A stretch of DNA of 64,000 nucleotides from the human T2T-CHM13v2.0 reference genome, Homo sapiens. The notes under the pieces were generated by a model. The model was not told the origin of the DNA and made no database searches. It saw nothing but the letters and a program-made list of their open reading frames with translations. The DNA lies in the NCBI RefSeq assembly GCF_009914755.1, contig NC_060936.1; one strand, 5' to 3'. Shown piece after piece: positions 17,412 to 30,815 of the stretch; within the stretch, counting starts at the first letter, position 1, and every line of letters begins with the position of its first letter. The position numbers and the translations under genes are program-made.

Positions 17412-17670
17412 AATTTAACGTGTACAGAAAGATCTTACCATAGATATTTTACAACAACTTATTTTTAAGACTTCTTCAAGCCTGAAACTATAGTACGGCT
17501 TCTGAGTTTTCGTTCTTTTAGATTTTTAAATACTGAATATTAGATTTAATAATTAAGTTGTTAATGGAATATTTGACATATTGTCTGGGAAAATTTTAGA
17601 ATTTCACATATTAATACATATTGTGCTATCTATAATTAAAATTAAATATTGTATGTTTTTTTCCTTTAAG

Positions 17671-17752
17671 TTAGTAGGGCTGTTTGGGAAGAAATGGTGA
17701 ATGCCTGCTGGTGTGGTCTTCTTGCTGCACTCTCACTCCTTCTTGATGCCAG
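17671..17752 (+). CDS. MON2: MON2 coding exon (VSRAVWEEM...LLLDAS), 82 nt
   Basis: ttcctttaag acceptor, CAG|gtatta donor; phases fit. Confidence 0.95.
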
Positions 17753-18349
17753 GTATTAAGTCTTTGTAAGTTTTATATTGAACTGTGTCAGTTAAAAAAA
17801 CACATTAAAATGGTTTACTTACATTTGTCCCTAGAATTATTTTCTAATATTAGTTTTTTATATGTGTGAAACATTATTCTTTTTCCCTCATCCCCCTTCC
17901 TCATTCTGTCCTTGCCCTGCCCCAAGCCACCAGAATTGTCATGATGTTTTAATGGAAAATACAGTCCTAAAATTACAGAATGCCTTTTTCATTTCAAGAC
18001 TTACAACTACTTTTGCAATTATGATTATATTTAATTTCTTTGTTCTTTTTCTTTAGGATTTAAAAATTTACTGGTTTCAAAATGCTTGATATTTTAAGCT
18101 AAATCTTTATGTTCTTGGTCATTTTCTTCAGTAATAAATACATGTATTATTATTCATTGCTTTTACCCAGTTCAAATTTTTGAGGTTATGTTAATAGATT
18201 AAAATTCCTTCTTAAGTATATTGGTAATATTTTGACAATATTTTTGTATAGATTTTCTTAAAATGTCACTGAATACTTAATTCCACATCATGCTTTACAA
18301 TGTAATTAAAAATAAGTTAATCAGATTAAATAAAATACTTTCTTTTCAG

Positions 18350-18534
18350 CACAGATGAAGCTGCCACTGAGAATATTTTAAAAGCTGAACTGACTATGGC
18401 TGCTCTTTGTGGAAGACTGGGCCTTGTAACTTCAAGAGATGCCTTTATAACTGCAATATGCAAAGGTTCCCTGCCTCCCCATTATGCTCTTACTGTATTG
18501 AATACCACCACTGCAGCTACACTTTCCAACAAAT
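18350..18534 (+). CDS. MON2: MON2 coding exon ([10 protein letters not shown]...TLSNK), 185 nt
   Basis: tcttttcag acceptor, AAT|gtaaga donor. Confidence 0.95.
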
Positions 18535-18687
18535 GTAAGACAGGCTTACTCAAAATTCTCTCTATGTAGTGGGATGATATGGTGTAGACAGAAGATTATA
18601 AACATCTGAGTTTAAGTCTCTGCTTTTTCACATACTGACTGTGTGACCTTGGGGAAATTAATGTCCCTGAGAGCTCTTTAAAAATAT

Positions 18688-18709
18688 GGGGTGGGGGGTG
18701 GGGGGTGGG
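18688..18709 (+). other. G-quadruplex-forming G-run (G4-T-G6-T-G6-T-G3)
   Basis: four G-tracts with 1-nt loops. Confidence 0.8.
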
Positions 18710-18711
18710 CA

Positions 18712-18956
18712 TGGGATATCCAAAAATCCAGAATCTAAAATGCTGCAAAATCTAAAACTTGTTGAGCACCAACATGACAAAGGAAAGGCTCATTGGATAA
18801 GTATATAATGTGAATAGGTATATAATGCAAACATAAGTATTTACAAATATATTATGCAAATAAATGCATAAGTATATATAATATAAATATTCAAAAATCT
18901 GAAATCGGAAACAGTTGTGATCCTAAGCATTTCGGATAAGGGATACTCAACTTGTA
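18712..18956. mobile_element. Tigger4/MER46-like fossil
   Basis: terminus taagcatttcggataagggatactcaacttgta. Confidence 0.75.
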
Positions 18957-19504
18957 ATACCAATTTTAAACAATAATTGTGAGAGGAAAATAAGATAAAT
19001 CTGGAAGTCCTTTGTAAACTATGAGATACCATTGAAATGGTGATTGTTATTTTTTTTTAATGGAACTAGTAGAACAGTAATGTTTGTAACCACTTAGGTT
19101 AAACTTACATTCAAAAATTTATTTTCTTGTTGAATTCTTTAAGAATACTTGTTTGTTACATGTAATATAAATTTCAGTGTAATATTTAGGGTTTTTTTGT
19201 TTATACTTTTTTAATGAGACAGGATCTCGCTATATTGCCCAGGCTGATCTTGAACTGGGCTAAAGCAGTCCGGCCTCAGCCTCCCAAGTAGTTGTTATTA
19301 CATGCTAATACTCAGTTTTCAAACTGAAAATGTATTGCTCTCTAAATTAAAAAACATACCAGGGATACATGTTTAAAATACTTAGAATGTGTTCGAGTTC
19401 TGTATTGCTTATGAAGAAATCTACCAAAGTTATATAATTTTATGTTGTATAGAAAATTACTTAATATTTGCTTAACTTGTCTTGGTTTTTGTACCTCATG
19501 AAGT

Positions 19505-19814
19505 TTTTGTGTTTTTTTGTTTTTTTTTTTTTGAGACAGAGTCACTCTGTCGCTCAGCCTAGAGTGCAGTGACCCAGATCTTGGCTCACTGCAACCACCG
19601 CCTCCTGAATTCAAGCAATTCTCCTGCCTCAGCCTCCTGAGTAGCTGAGACTACAGAAGTGCATCGACATACCTGGCTAATTTTTGTATTTTTAGAAGAG
19701 TCAGGACTTCACCATGTTGGCCAGGCTGGCCTTGAACTCCTGACCTCAAATGATCTGCCTGCCTCAGCCTCCCAAAATGGCTGGGATTACAGGTGTGAGC
19801 CACTGTGCCCAGCC
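19505..19814 (-). mobile_element. AluS (a short antisense monomer fragment also at about 19205-19300)
   Basis: dimer; TSD cctcatga(a)gttttt. Confidence 0.9.
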
Positions 19815-19975
19815 CCTCATGAGTTTTTTAAATGTTTTGATACAGATATTAGGTATTACTGATATTTAAATAAGTGTATGGCTAAACTTGGTTTAATCAA
19901 ACTTTAAATATAACATTACTTTAAATGCAATATAAAAATATATTTTAATTATTTAGGCTTTCCTTTGTGTTCTAG

Positions 19976-20088
19976 CATATTCCGTTCAGGGCCAAAGTGT
20001 TATGATGATAAGTCCATCAAGTGAATCTCACCAACAAGTTGTGGCAGTGGGTCAACCTTTAGCAGTCCAGCCTCAAGGGACAGTAATG
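19976..20088 (+). CDS. MON2: MON2 coding exon (SYSVQGQS...QGTVM), 113 nt
   Basis: tgttctag acceptor, ATG|gtaatg donor; ORF 20002..20199. Confidence 0.93.
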
Positions 20089-20426
20089 GTAATGTACTTG
20101 TATTTTTCTTGGTTATCAATTAGCTATCAAGGAAACTTGTTGTACCTATCTTTGTGTTTGCCAAAATGTGTCATACATTTATTTACTTTCTTTTACTAGA
20201 ACTACTTTCTTAAACTAGAAGAAACTAGTTTATGCAGTTGACATTACTGTAACCAATATGATAATACAACTTTTAATCAAATGAATTGTTCCTTATAAAA
20301 CCTTCCAAATCTTTTTCTTAATTTTTTCTTTAAAAAAATCTTTTAACACATTAATGCTACTTTATAAGCTTTTAATTTTTAAGAATACATAACAATTATT
20401 GAAAATGTATCCTTTTTAAAATATAG

Positions 20427-20531
20427 CTGACTTCCAAAAATATCCAGTGTATGAGGACTTTACTTAACTTGGCGCATTGCCATGGGGCTGTTCTTGGAAC
20501 ATCATGGCAACTTGTCTTGGCAACTCTTCAG
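20427..20531 (+). CDS. MON2: MON2 coding exon ([10 protein letters not shown]...LATLQ), 105 nt
   Basis: atatag acceptor, CAG|gtatgt donor; phase 0-0. Confidence 0.95.
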
Positions 20532-20920
20532 GTATGTAAAAGTGTCTAGGTCAGAGATTAGTGTTGTTTTTATATATAATTGCTAACAGTTAGACTAAGC
20601 AATGTATTTTGATGTTTTGGACAGGCCTAAAAAATAGATAGTAAGTATGAAAAAAGAGAAGTTAGAAAGGGAAAAAGATGTGACTCATATTGTAGGAAGT
20701 GGTGGAATGCTTCTCATAATGGCCTAAGCTCTGCTGCATATGTTCGATATCATTAATTATTTTATATGAATGTTAATTAGTGATTTTAGTTTTAGGTTTT
20801 AAAAACCTACTACTGATTTTAATTTTGGTTGCTAGAAGTTACTACTGATTTTAATTTTAGTTATTGGACCTTTTATACTTTTGTAAAGTTATTTGTTTTG
20901 ATTTTTTTTTAATTTTACAG

Positions 20921-21001
20921 CATCTTGTGTGGATTCTGGGATTAAAGCCTAGTAGTGGCGGTGCCTTGAAACCTGGGAGAGCTGTAGAAGGACCCAGTAC
21001 A
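20921..21001 (+). CDS. MON2: MON2 coding exon (HLVWILG...EGPST), 81 nt
   Basis: ttttacag acceptor, ACA|gtaagc donor. Confidence 0.95.
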
Positions 21002-21076
21002 GTAAGCTCTAGTCTTTCTTACCCAATTAGTGCATCCCAAAGTGTCATATATTACATTTAATTTTATTCTTCTCAG

Positions 21077-21150
21077 GTTCTAACAACAGCAGTGATGACA
21101 GATTTACCAGTGATTTCCAATATACTTTCAAGATTGTTTGAAAGCTCACA
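21077..21150 (+). CDS. MON2: MON2 coding exon (VLTTAVMTD...FESSQ), 74 nt
   Basis: ttctcag acceptor, ACA|gtaaga donor. Confidence 0.95.
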
Positions 21151-21239
21151 GTAAGAGTCAGTTTTTTTAATTGATAAAAACATTGTTATTTGTTATATAT
21201 TTTAGATCAAGATGTCTTATTTCTTCATTTCCTTTTTAG

Positions 21240-21330
21240 GTATCTTGATGATGTATCACTGCATCATTTAATAAATGCACTTTGCTCCTTGTCTCTAGAA
21301 GCAATGGATATGGCCTATGGAAATAATAAG
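21240..21330 (+). CDS. MON2: MON2 coding exon (YLDDVSLHH...YGNNK), 91 nt
   Basis: cctttttag acceptor, AAG|gtgtga donor. Confidence 0.95.
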
Positions 21331-22097
21331 GTGTGATATTCTACCTTTCTGTTTTAGATATGATACATTAGTTATATAAGATGTACATCCATTATGATCT
21401 TAGTGTTTTACTAGTAGAACTAACACTCAGATTGTATGGTAACCATACTCTGTTGGGTTTTTACCACTTACCGTTATTTGTCGAAGGAGTAAAAAGGACA
21501 TGATTTGGCTTGTGATATGTCTAAATATGTCATATGATTTTAAGTTGTGTTCATTTCTCTTATATACTGAACATTTTAAAAATATTTTTATAAAATAATA
21601 TAATACAGTTTTATAGGTTATATAAAATGTCATGATAATACTTGTAATTACAATTTATGATTGGGGTAATATAAGATTTAAATTAAAGAATGTTTGTCTC
21701 AGTTTCCTTTGCTTTCATTGGGATGGAAAGTAAGGAGCTAATCATTTCTTTCTAAAGGTAATGATTCTCCTTATCTTGAAAATTTAAATTTTTATTTGTT
21801 CATTGATTAAATGAATAAAACGGTACTTTTGAATATTAACATTCAAGAACATTTCTTTCTATACTACTAAAAATATCACTTTCTGTTATACTTGGAAAGC
21901 ACAGGAACAGTTGTGTTTATTTATATGTTAGAAATAATTAAACAAAATACTTTCCACATTTTAAAATCAATAAATATAGTTTGACTATTTACAAATAAGT
22001 GAAAATAACCCAAAATATGATTTAAAAGCTAAAATTTATATAATTTAAAGCTATAACATGTAACTGTAGCATTCAAAATTATGTTGTCTGCCTAGTC

Positions 22098-22391
22098 TTT
22101 TTTTTTTTTTGAAACGGAGTCTCGCCTTGTCGCCCAGGCTAGAGTGCAGTGGCGCAATCTCGGGTCACTGCTCTGCCTCCCAGGTTCATGCCATTCTCCT
22201 GCCTCAGCCTCCCAAGTAGCTGGGACTACAGGTGCCCGCCACCACGCCCGGCTAATTTTTTTATTGTATTTTCAGTAGAGACAAGGTTTCACTGTGTTAG
22301 CCAGGATGGTGTCGATCTCCTGACCTTGTGATCCGCCCGCCTCAGCCTCCCAAAGTGCTGGGATTACAGGCATGAGCCACCGCGCCCGGCC
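22098..22391 (-). mobile_element. AluY-like
   Basis: TSD tctgcctagtc. Confidence 0.9.
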
Positions 22392-22559
22392 ATCTGCCTA
22401 GTCCTTAAGTGTAATTTTGGGTACTGTGGCTTGTTATCTTGGCTCTTATGACTCATTTAAAGATTGGTGAAGAAAGTCTCATTAGAGCATAGTTTCATAT
22501 ATTATAGTACCTAGCTAGATAATTATATAAACATGCAGGTGTTTGAAAGTATGTATTAT

Positions 22560-22806
22560 GGCTGGGCATGGTGGCTTACGCCTGTAATCCCAGCACTGCA
22601 GGAGGCCGAGGCAGGCAGATCACTTGTGGTCAGGAGTTCGAGACCAGCCTGGCCAACATGGTGAAACCCCGTCTCTACTAAAAATACAAAAATTAGCTGG
22701 ACATGCTCAGTTGAACCCAGGAGGCGGAGGTTGCTGTGAGTCGAGATTGTGCCACTGCGCTCCAGCCTGGGCGACAGAGCAAGACTCTGTCTCAAGAAAA
22801 AAAGAA
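22560..22806 (+). mobile_element. AluS with internal right-arm deletion
   Basis: aattagctggacatg joined to ttgaacccagg. Confidence 0.85.
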
Positions 22807-23797
22807 AATATATATTATAGTTTGTTCTAAATCAGGGCAAGGATAATATATAATGAAGTAATTAATTTTTTGATACCTTTAATAATTCTACATATTTGAG
22901 ATTCTTAACACAAAACTATAATATTTTTAATAAAGTACCTTAATGAAATCTAAGCAAGTTTATATGGTAATGTTTTCAGAATCTATGTATTTATTCAATA
23001 AGCACAGTAGGCTTACTGTGTACATGACGATCTGCTCAGAGACATTAAGAAATAAGAGGTTTCTACTTTCAAAGAGTATATAAGCTACTTGGTTCATAGT
23101 TAGTGACAATTACTATGGTATGAGAGTCTCAATAAATAATACAGATATTAAATGACATGAGACTTACTCTCTGAATTTTTAGTTCCTTGTTATATAAGAT
23201 GTTATTGGTATATGTTTCTATTAAGATGAATTAAGATTAATCAAGATGAACTAGTGTGATTGGAGATGTATATTGAAAGATTGGTAGGATTTAGGTAGGA
23301 AAGGGCAGGTTAATGTAAATCAAAAGAAAAATATTGTAGGAAATCATGACCTATAAGAAAAAAATAGGAGATTTGATGATTAATCATTTATTTTTAACTT
23401 TCAGTAGTGCAATTTCAGAGAGTGGTAGCAACAGATACGATTTTTAAGGAAGGCTTGGGAAGAACAGTTGTGGAGAAAATGGATACGCTGAGTAAAATAG
23501 AGATAATTTCTTTGAAAATGGATTTACATGTCTCCCTTTTAGGATTTAATTTTGTAAAGTGAAGTAAATATGGAATGGAAATTAAAACTTTATAAAAATA
23601 TTCAAGTATAAATTTTAGAAAAGTATTCAACATAAACCTTATATTTTTAGATGGAGGCTATAAAAAGTTTATTCAGTTATGCCATCTATAAAAGTTATTA
23701 TAAATATGCAGATATTAAAATTAGTGGGAAAGTTTCTATATTATTGAAAAAAGAATGTTCATCTAAATCGACTGTTCTGAGTGAGTTAAATATTCTA

Positions 23798-24217
<420 letters not shown>

Positions 24218-25921
24218 GATAAAGCTTGCAAATTCTTTCTTAGAAGAGGATGATACTTTTATAGTTACATTAACAAGCACAGTATAACAACAACAAAAAT
24301 ATTAAAGCAGCTGTTGTTCACTGTTTACTGTATGCCAAGCACTAACTTATTTTATCATTTAAAACAACTCTGTGAGATTTAGTGGTAATATACCCTTTTA
24401 CAGATGAAAATATGAAAAATAGCTTAAGTGACCTGCCTGAGGTTATGTACTTACTTATTGGAAGAGCTTGGATTTGAATTCACTTATGTCTCATTCCAAA
24501 GCTCTGTTCTTAAATACTTTGCTGACTTTTGGTGTGCATCAGAAACAGCTGTGTAGTTTTTTAAAAAGTGCAAATGCGAGGGCCACATTCTAGGTTTTTG
24601 AGTAAGAATCTTCAGGTGTGAGCTTTGGATACCTATACATATTCTTTTACATGATTCCTGAGTATATCCTAGTTAAAATAAGTAAGAGGAAGAGGAGGAA
24701 TAAAGAAGTAATATTAGGCAACATTGTGGGAGAACTTATATGCCAGGCACTTTCTAACATTAGATAGTTTTCTATATTATTATTATCTTCATTTTTTAGG
24801 TTTAAAAAATAAAAACTTTCAGAAGAGGTACATAGGTTACCCAAGGTTATATAGCTATTAAGTAGTAGAGTTGAGATGAGATCCCAGTTAAAACTTCATA
24901 GACATCATCTTAACTACTATACCATATTCTCCCTAGAATCATGAATTTTCCTACCACCCAAATTTTTAGGGTGCTTTCCACATTAGCGCATGCGGGAAGG
25001 GTCAACCTGACCATATTTGTCTTAAAACCCCAATATACTTGGTTCACTGGCTTCTGCTAGAAAGGAAGATATTATCACACATTTCCCTGTTAGATTTTTA
25101 TTAGCACTGTAAAAATGTTAAGAATATAGACTCATAAAAAATCTTTCTCTTTAAAAATTATTCTCCTAAATTGGCTTTTTTATTCAGTTGTCTTGTCTTT
25201 TTTCTAAGACAATGTCTCTGTTTGAAATACCACGCCATCCACTCAAAAATACTCATGGCTTTCATCAGCTGAATTTGCATTTAAACATGTTTATCACTTT
25301 CATTAATATTGGATTAGAGATAACTGCCCTTTGATCTTTTCTGAAACCATTCTTGTGACACATGGACCAGGTACTCTAATTTAGCCATGTATAATGTACC
25401 CTGGTTCCCTTTCTGATTATTGATATGTCAGGGACTATAGAAAACTGTTTTGTCTTCGTGTCCTCTGCTGTTCTGTTAGTGTCTGGACTGACAGCCCTGA
25501 TCTCTGCTATAGTCTTGATTTCATTTTCCTTTTCCTTTATCTCTGTTGTCTCTTTTTCCCTACTTCTTGACATTCACACATAAAACCTGGTCATTTTAAG
25601 ACTGCTGATAAGAATGCTTCTTTCCTTCTGGTTGGAAGACTAGCCATTCTATGTGTCTAGTATCATTTTTGGATTTTCATCCCTCCACTATTAAAGCATT
25701 CTCTTCCTAACCAAATTTTCTAATTAGGAGCTATTTTGGATACTTAAGGTTGACAGGAAGCCTTGTCTTTGATAACTGAGGTTTTGTTATAAATATAACT
25801 TTATACTAACCACTCAATTTTAATTTCAGTCATGCTCTTCAGAGTATTCTCAGTTTTATTCATAGTCTAATTACTCAGAATTCTCCTTATACTATCAAAA
25901 TACAATGTATTTTCTCCCTAG

Positions 25922-26023
25922 GAACCATCTCTTTTTGCTGTTGCCAAATTGTTAGAAACTGGTTTAGTTAATATGCACCGAATAGAAATTCTGTGGAGAC
26001 CTCTGACTGGCCATCTACTTGAG
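25922..26023 (+). CDS. MON2: MON2 coding exon (EPSLFAVAK...GHLLE), 102 nt
   Basis: tttctccctag acceptor, GAG|gtaaat donor. Confidence 0.95.
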
Positions 26024-26382
26024 GTAAATTCTCTTTCTTAAATATATTTAATTTTTTAATAAACATTTGCACACTGAGCTAATGATTCTAAATAGCCATT
26101 TGAAAAATCAGCATTAACTTTTTTTCCCCCTTTCCTGACTGTGTACTTACTTATGTTTGTACATTTTATCAAGGACTAAAGTTGTTTTGTAATTTATTTC
26201 ATGAAGGAATTGGTTGCTTTTATTGGCTGAAAATGGGTGACATTTTAAAGTGAGAAATATCAGTGAAGTCAGCTGTTACCTTGAGATGCCTTTCTTTTAT
26301 CATACAGTCTCTTGATCCACCTCACCTCAGTTTCAGATAGTTCTGAAACTTCAAGGCAGTTGGGGCATAGAGTTAATAGTAA

Positions 26383-26733
<351 letters not shown>

Positions 26734-26987
26734 TTGATTATGAGATAGCTTTCTGTGAAGGGGAAAACCTGTTTGGTAACACTAACTATAGATAGTGCTG
26801 GAGAATTTTACCTGGATTTACATTGTCTTACATTCAGGTTGAGGTAATTCTTAATAAATAGTTCCTGCTTAAAAACAAGCTGCTTCTGCCAGTATGTGTG
26901 TTTGTGTACAGTTTAGGTTTAGGTTACCATAGTTCTTTTGTGTTATTTAGAAACCTAGGAAAGGTATTATTCTTAGTAAGAAAAACA

Positions 26988-27300
<313 letters not shown>

Positions 27301-27590
27301 AAAACAGATGTACATGAGCTTTCCCCCCATTTTATTGGAATTACTTTTATGAATGATTAAAGGCTATGTGCAGATGCCTTCATTAATGGATGGTCTCATC
27401 AAAGGGCAACTCTGTGACATATTATTTGATTAATGAGGGTAAACTTAATTAAGAACCTTGGTATTAGCTTGCTTCTTTTGTTTACCCTGATATATAATTT
27501 ACTGTTATGAAATCCTTTCTTCTCTGTGAATTGTTTTAGTTTCATCTTTTTTCTTCTGTCTCTCTATTGCTTGCTCTTGCCCTTATTCAG

Positions 27591-27593
27591 AAG
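27591..27593 (+). CDS. MON2: Candidate 3-nt alternative microexon AAG (Lys)
   Basis: long pyrimidine tract with three TGC motifs, ttcag|AAG|gtaagc; phase-0 intron so frame-preserving. Confidence 0.75.
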
Positions 27594-27722
27594 GTAAGCT
27601 AACTTACATTTTGGGTGTAATTTTTCTTCCAACCCTTATTGAACATTTGATATAAAATGTAAAATTGATGTGTGATTCATAGCTTAAGTATACAAATTAA
27701 ACTTAATTTTATATACCTTCAG

Positions 27723-27833
27723 GTCTGCCAGCATCCAAACTCTCGAATGAGAGAATGGGGAGCAGAAGCTTTAACTTCTCTTATTAAAGCAGGATTAACA
27801 TTTAACCATGATCCTCCACTCTCACAAAACCAG
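27723..27833 (+). CDS. MON2: MON2 coding exon (VCQHPNSRM...LSQNQ), 111 nt
   Basis: ccttcag acceptor, CAG|gtaata donor; ORF 27672..27896. Confidence 0.95.
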
Positions 27834-28384
27834 GTAATAAAAACCTTACTTTTTAAAAAGAATACTCAATATAAAATTATCCTCCTCCATATGTGATTTT
27901 TTTCTTATCAGGTAGATCATATTCTAAGAGTAGGGTTTTTAACTTAATATTCTATTTTATATGTAGGCCCTGAATCTCTTACATAAGGTAAGAGATTTTT
28001 AGGGCTGTTTTCATAAAAAATTTTAAACATCTTGTGGATGACACTAACCTAAGTTAAATTACCTGGAATTGGTCTCACGTTCATAAGTTTTCCTCTTCAT
28101 GCAGTGCTAAAGTGTTGTTTTGGAGCCTCTTTTGCTTTGGTCTTCACATGTCCCTGGATTTTTTTTTTTTCTCACTACCCTTACATGGGGAGAAAATAAG
28201 TGGCAGAAGAAACAAGCACAATGAAATAGATTTTTTATTTTAAAATAATTTTAAATTATGTTTTACTTCCAGAGTTTACTTTTGTCATGAATTCTTTGTC
28301 CTGACTCTCTATTATTTGTACCCACTTTTTAAAAAGTCTACCAAAGTTTTATTGTTTCATGACTGAGTAGGAATGAGGCATTTA

Positions 28385-28504
28385 TTTATTTTTTAATTTT
28401 TTAAATAAAAATATGGAGTACATCATGAATTTGCACGTCATCCTTGCCCGGGGGCTGTGCTCATCTCTGTATCATTTCATTATATGTGCTACTGAAGCAA
28501 GCAC
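28385..28504 (-). pseudogene. U6 snRNA retropseudogene with poly(A) remnant
   Basis: reverse complement reads GTGCTTGCTTCAGTAGCACATAT...ACAGAGA...CAAGGATGACGTGCAAATTCATGA...CCATATTTTT; TSD gaatgaggcattta at 28371-28384 and 28506-28519. Confidence 0.93.
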
Positions 28505-29294
28505 AGAATGAGGCATTTAATAACCATTCCAATTGCCCTCATCATCTTATTGTATTGTAATTGTACTCTAGAAATTGATTTAACACATAATTATTGAATA
28601 CCCCACCTGGAATAAGATGATGAACAAGACAGAAAAGATATTATAAAGCTTATAGAGCTTACATTTAATGATTTCATATGTTCTTCTGCAACAATTTGAA
28701 TTTTTTTTGAAAAAATAATACCCTTTTCCATTTATTTTGATATCCTCAATGTCCAGCTTAATACTTAGTGCATAGTGAAAGCTTAGAAATGTTTATTCAG
28801 TGAATGAACCAAATAAATGAATCCCCTAGAGAGAAGAAAGTTAAGAATGAAGGGTTTTCAGATGCTGAAAGGGATAGACAGAGTGCTTTTTTTAAGTCTC
28901 CAACAAATTTCGTGGTTTTATGTCATCTTTGTTAATATCTGCTACATTTATTCATTTTTTATAAGTATTATAGCTTCTATTACTACATCACACTTGAGAA
29001 TTTTACATTTAAATACATATGATATACATTAATAAAGTAAATGAAAGGTCATTTTAGAGATTGGGAATTGATTACCTCTCTCCAAATATATCTAGAGATA
29101 TATTTCCTTTAGTGAAATTTATTTCTATTATTTATCAGATCTATAATTAGTATCTTTAAAGTAAGATAACTACCCATTTATCTAAAATCTAACATCTTGA
29201 AAGTTGATTTTTTCTCTTATTTAAAAATATAGATTTGTCTTTAATAATTACTGTTAGATAAATGATATTTGATGTTTATTTAGGTAGAAAAATT

Positions 29295-29600
29295 CCAAAC
29301 GGGCATGGTGGCTCACACCTGTAATCCCAGCACCTTGGGAGGTCAAGGTGGGCGGATCACCTGAGGTCAGGAGTTCAAGACCAGCCTGACCAACATGGTG
29401 AAACCCCATCTCTACTAAAAATACAAAGATTAGCCGGGCATGGTGGTGCATGCCTGTAATCCCAGCTACTCAGGAGACTGAAGCAGGAGGATCACTTGAA
29501 CCAAGGAGACGGAGGTTGCAGTGAGTCAAGATTGTGCCACTGCACTCCTGCCTCCTGGGTGACAGGACGAGACTCCATTTCAAAAAAAATAAATAAAACA
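29295..29600 (+). mobile_element. AluS
   Basis: dimer. Confidence 0.88.
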
Positions 29601-29721
29601 TAAAAATATCTATTTCCCATAGTAGTCTGAATGGCGATGAATTTAAACTTGAAAAGCAACAGTAAAGCCTTCTTGTCTTTTTGGACTTCTCTTCCTAATT
29701 AGTTTCTTGCCCCCTTTTCAG

Positions 29722-29897
29722 AGGCTGCAGTTGCTTTTATTGAACCCGTTAAAGGAGATGTCCAATATTAATCATCCAGATATTCGACTCAAGCAGTTAG
29801 AATGCGTGTTGCAGATTCTGCAGAGTCAGGGAGACAGTCTTGGGCCTGGATGGCCATTAGTGCTTGGAGTCATGGGAGCAATCAGAAATGATCAAGG
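29722..29897 (+). CDS. MON2: MON2 coding exon (RLQLLLLNP...RNDQG), 176 nt
   Basis: ccttttcag acceptor, AGG|gtaagt donor; ORF 29707..29901. Confidence 0.95.
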
Positions 29898-30470
29898 GTA
29901 AGTATTTAAAATTATTTGAGAAAAAATATGTATGAAAAATAAAATATAAATAAAATAAAATTAACATCAAAAAAGTGATAGAGGTAGAGAAGGACTCCAT
30001 CCTAAAATCTTGAAATAGTGGTTATTTTTTTCATGTATGCGCTTCCTGCTTAAGGCTAAGATCTGTAATAGTTTTTCTTAACTCTACCCCTAAGTGGCTA
30101 CAGGCAATTTTTAGGGATCACCTTTGGTTTGGAAAGATGGAAAAATTGCTCTTTATTTAACATTCATGCAAGAATACATGATTCTTACTTATAAGATACT
30201 TGAAACAATTAACAAATTTTATAACACATCCAAAGATTGGGCTGTTGTGTTTTGTTAAATTATTTGATAAGATGTGAATTAGCATTTAGGGCTTGACCTC
30301 CCTATATATATTAGGCAGTCAGAAATTGCTTTAAAGTAACTTTTTCATTACTTTTTAATTTATTAAACATTTATTCTGTGCAGAGTGTATTTCAAATACT
30401 ATACATGGTAGTTATTCTGATTACACAGGTAAATAGCTCCTGCCCTAGACATAGAATCCTAGTGAGAAAG

Positions 30471-30815
30471 TATAGTTATACGCTGCCTAACGTTTCAGTC
30501 AACAACAGACCACATATATGATGGAGGTCCCATAAGATTTTAATACTCTGTTTTTACTGTACGTTTTCTATGTTTAGATATGTTTCGGTACATAAATACT
30601 TATATTATGTTACAATTGCTTACAGTATTCAGGACAGTAGCAAGCTGTACAGGTTTGTAGCCCAGGAGCAATAATATACCATATAGCCCCGGTGTGTAGT
30701 AGGTTATATCATCTAGGTTTGTGTCAGTAAACTCTGTGATGTTCATACAGCAACAGAATCGCCGAATGACACATTTCTCAGATCATATCCTCATCAGTAA
30801 GCAACACATGACTGT
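30471..30815 (+). mobile_element. Tigger3-like fossil (another fragment at about 53300-53445)
   Basis: cgtttcagtcaacaacagaccacatat...gtcccataagatt; terminus cacatgactgta. Confidence 0.8.

Noticed and set aside
19951-19975. Upstream AG 19 nt before the 19976 acceptor
   Set aside because: Out of frame and has a poor pyrimidine tract.
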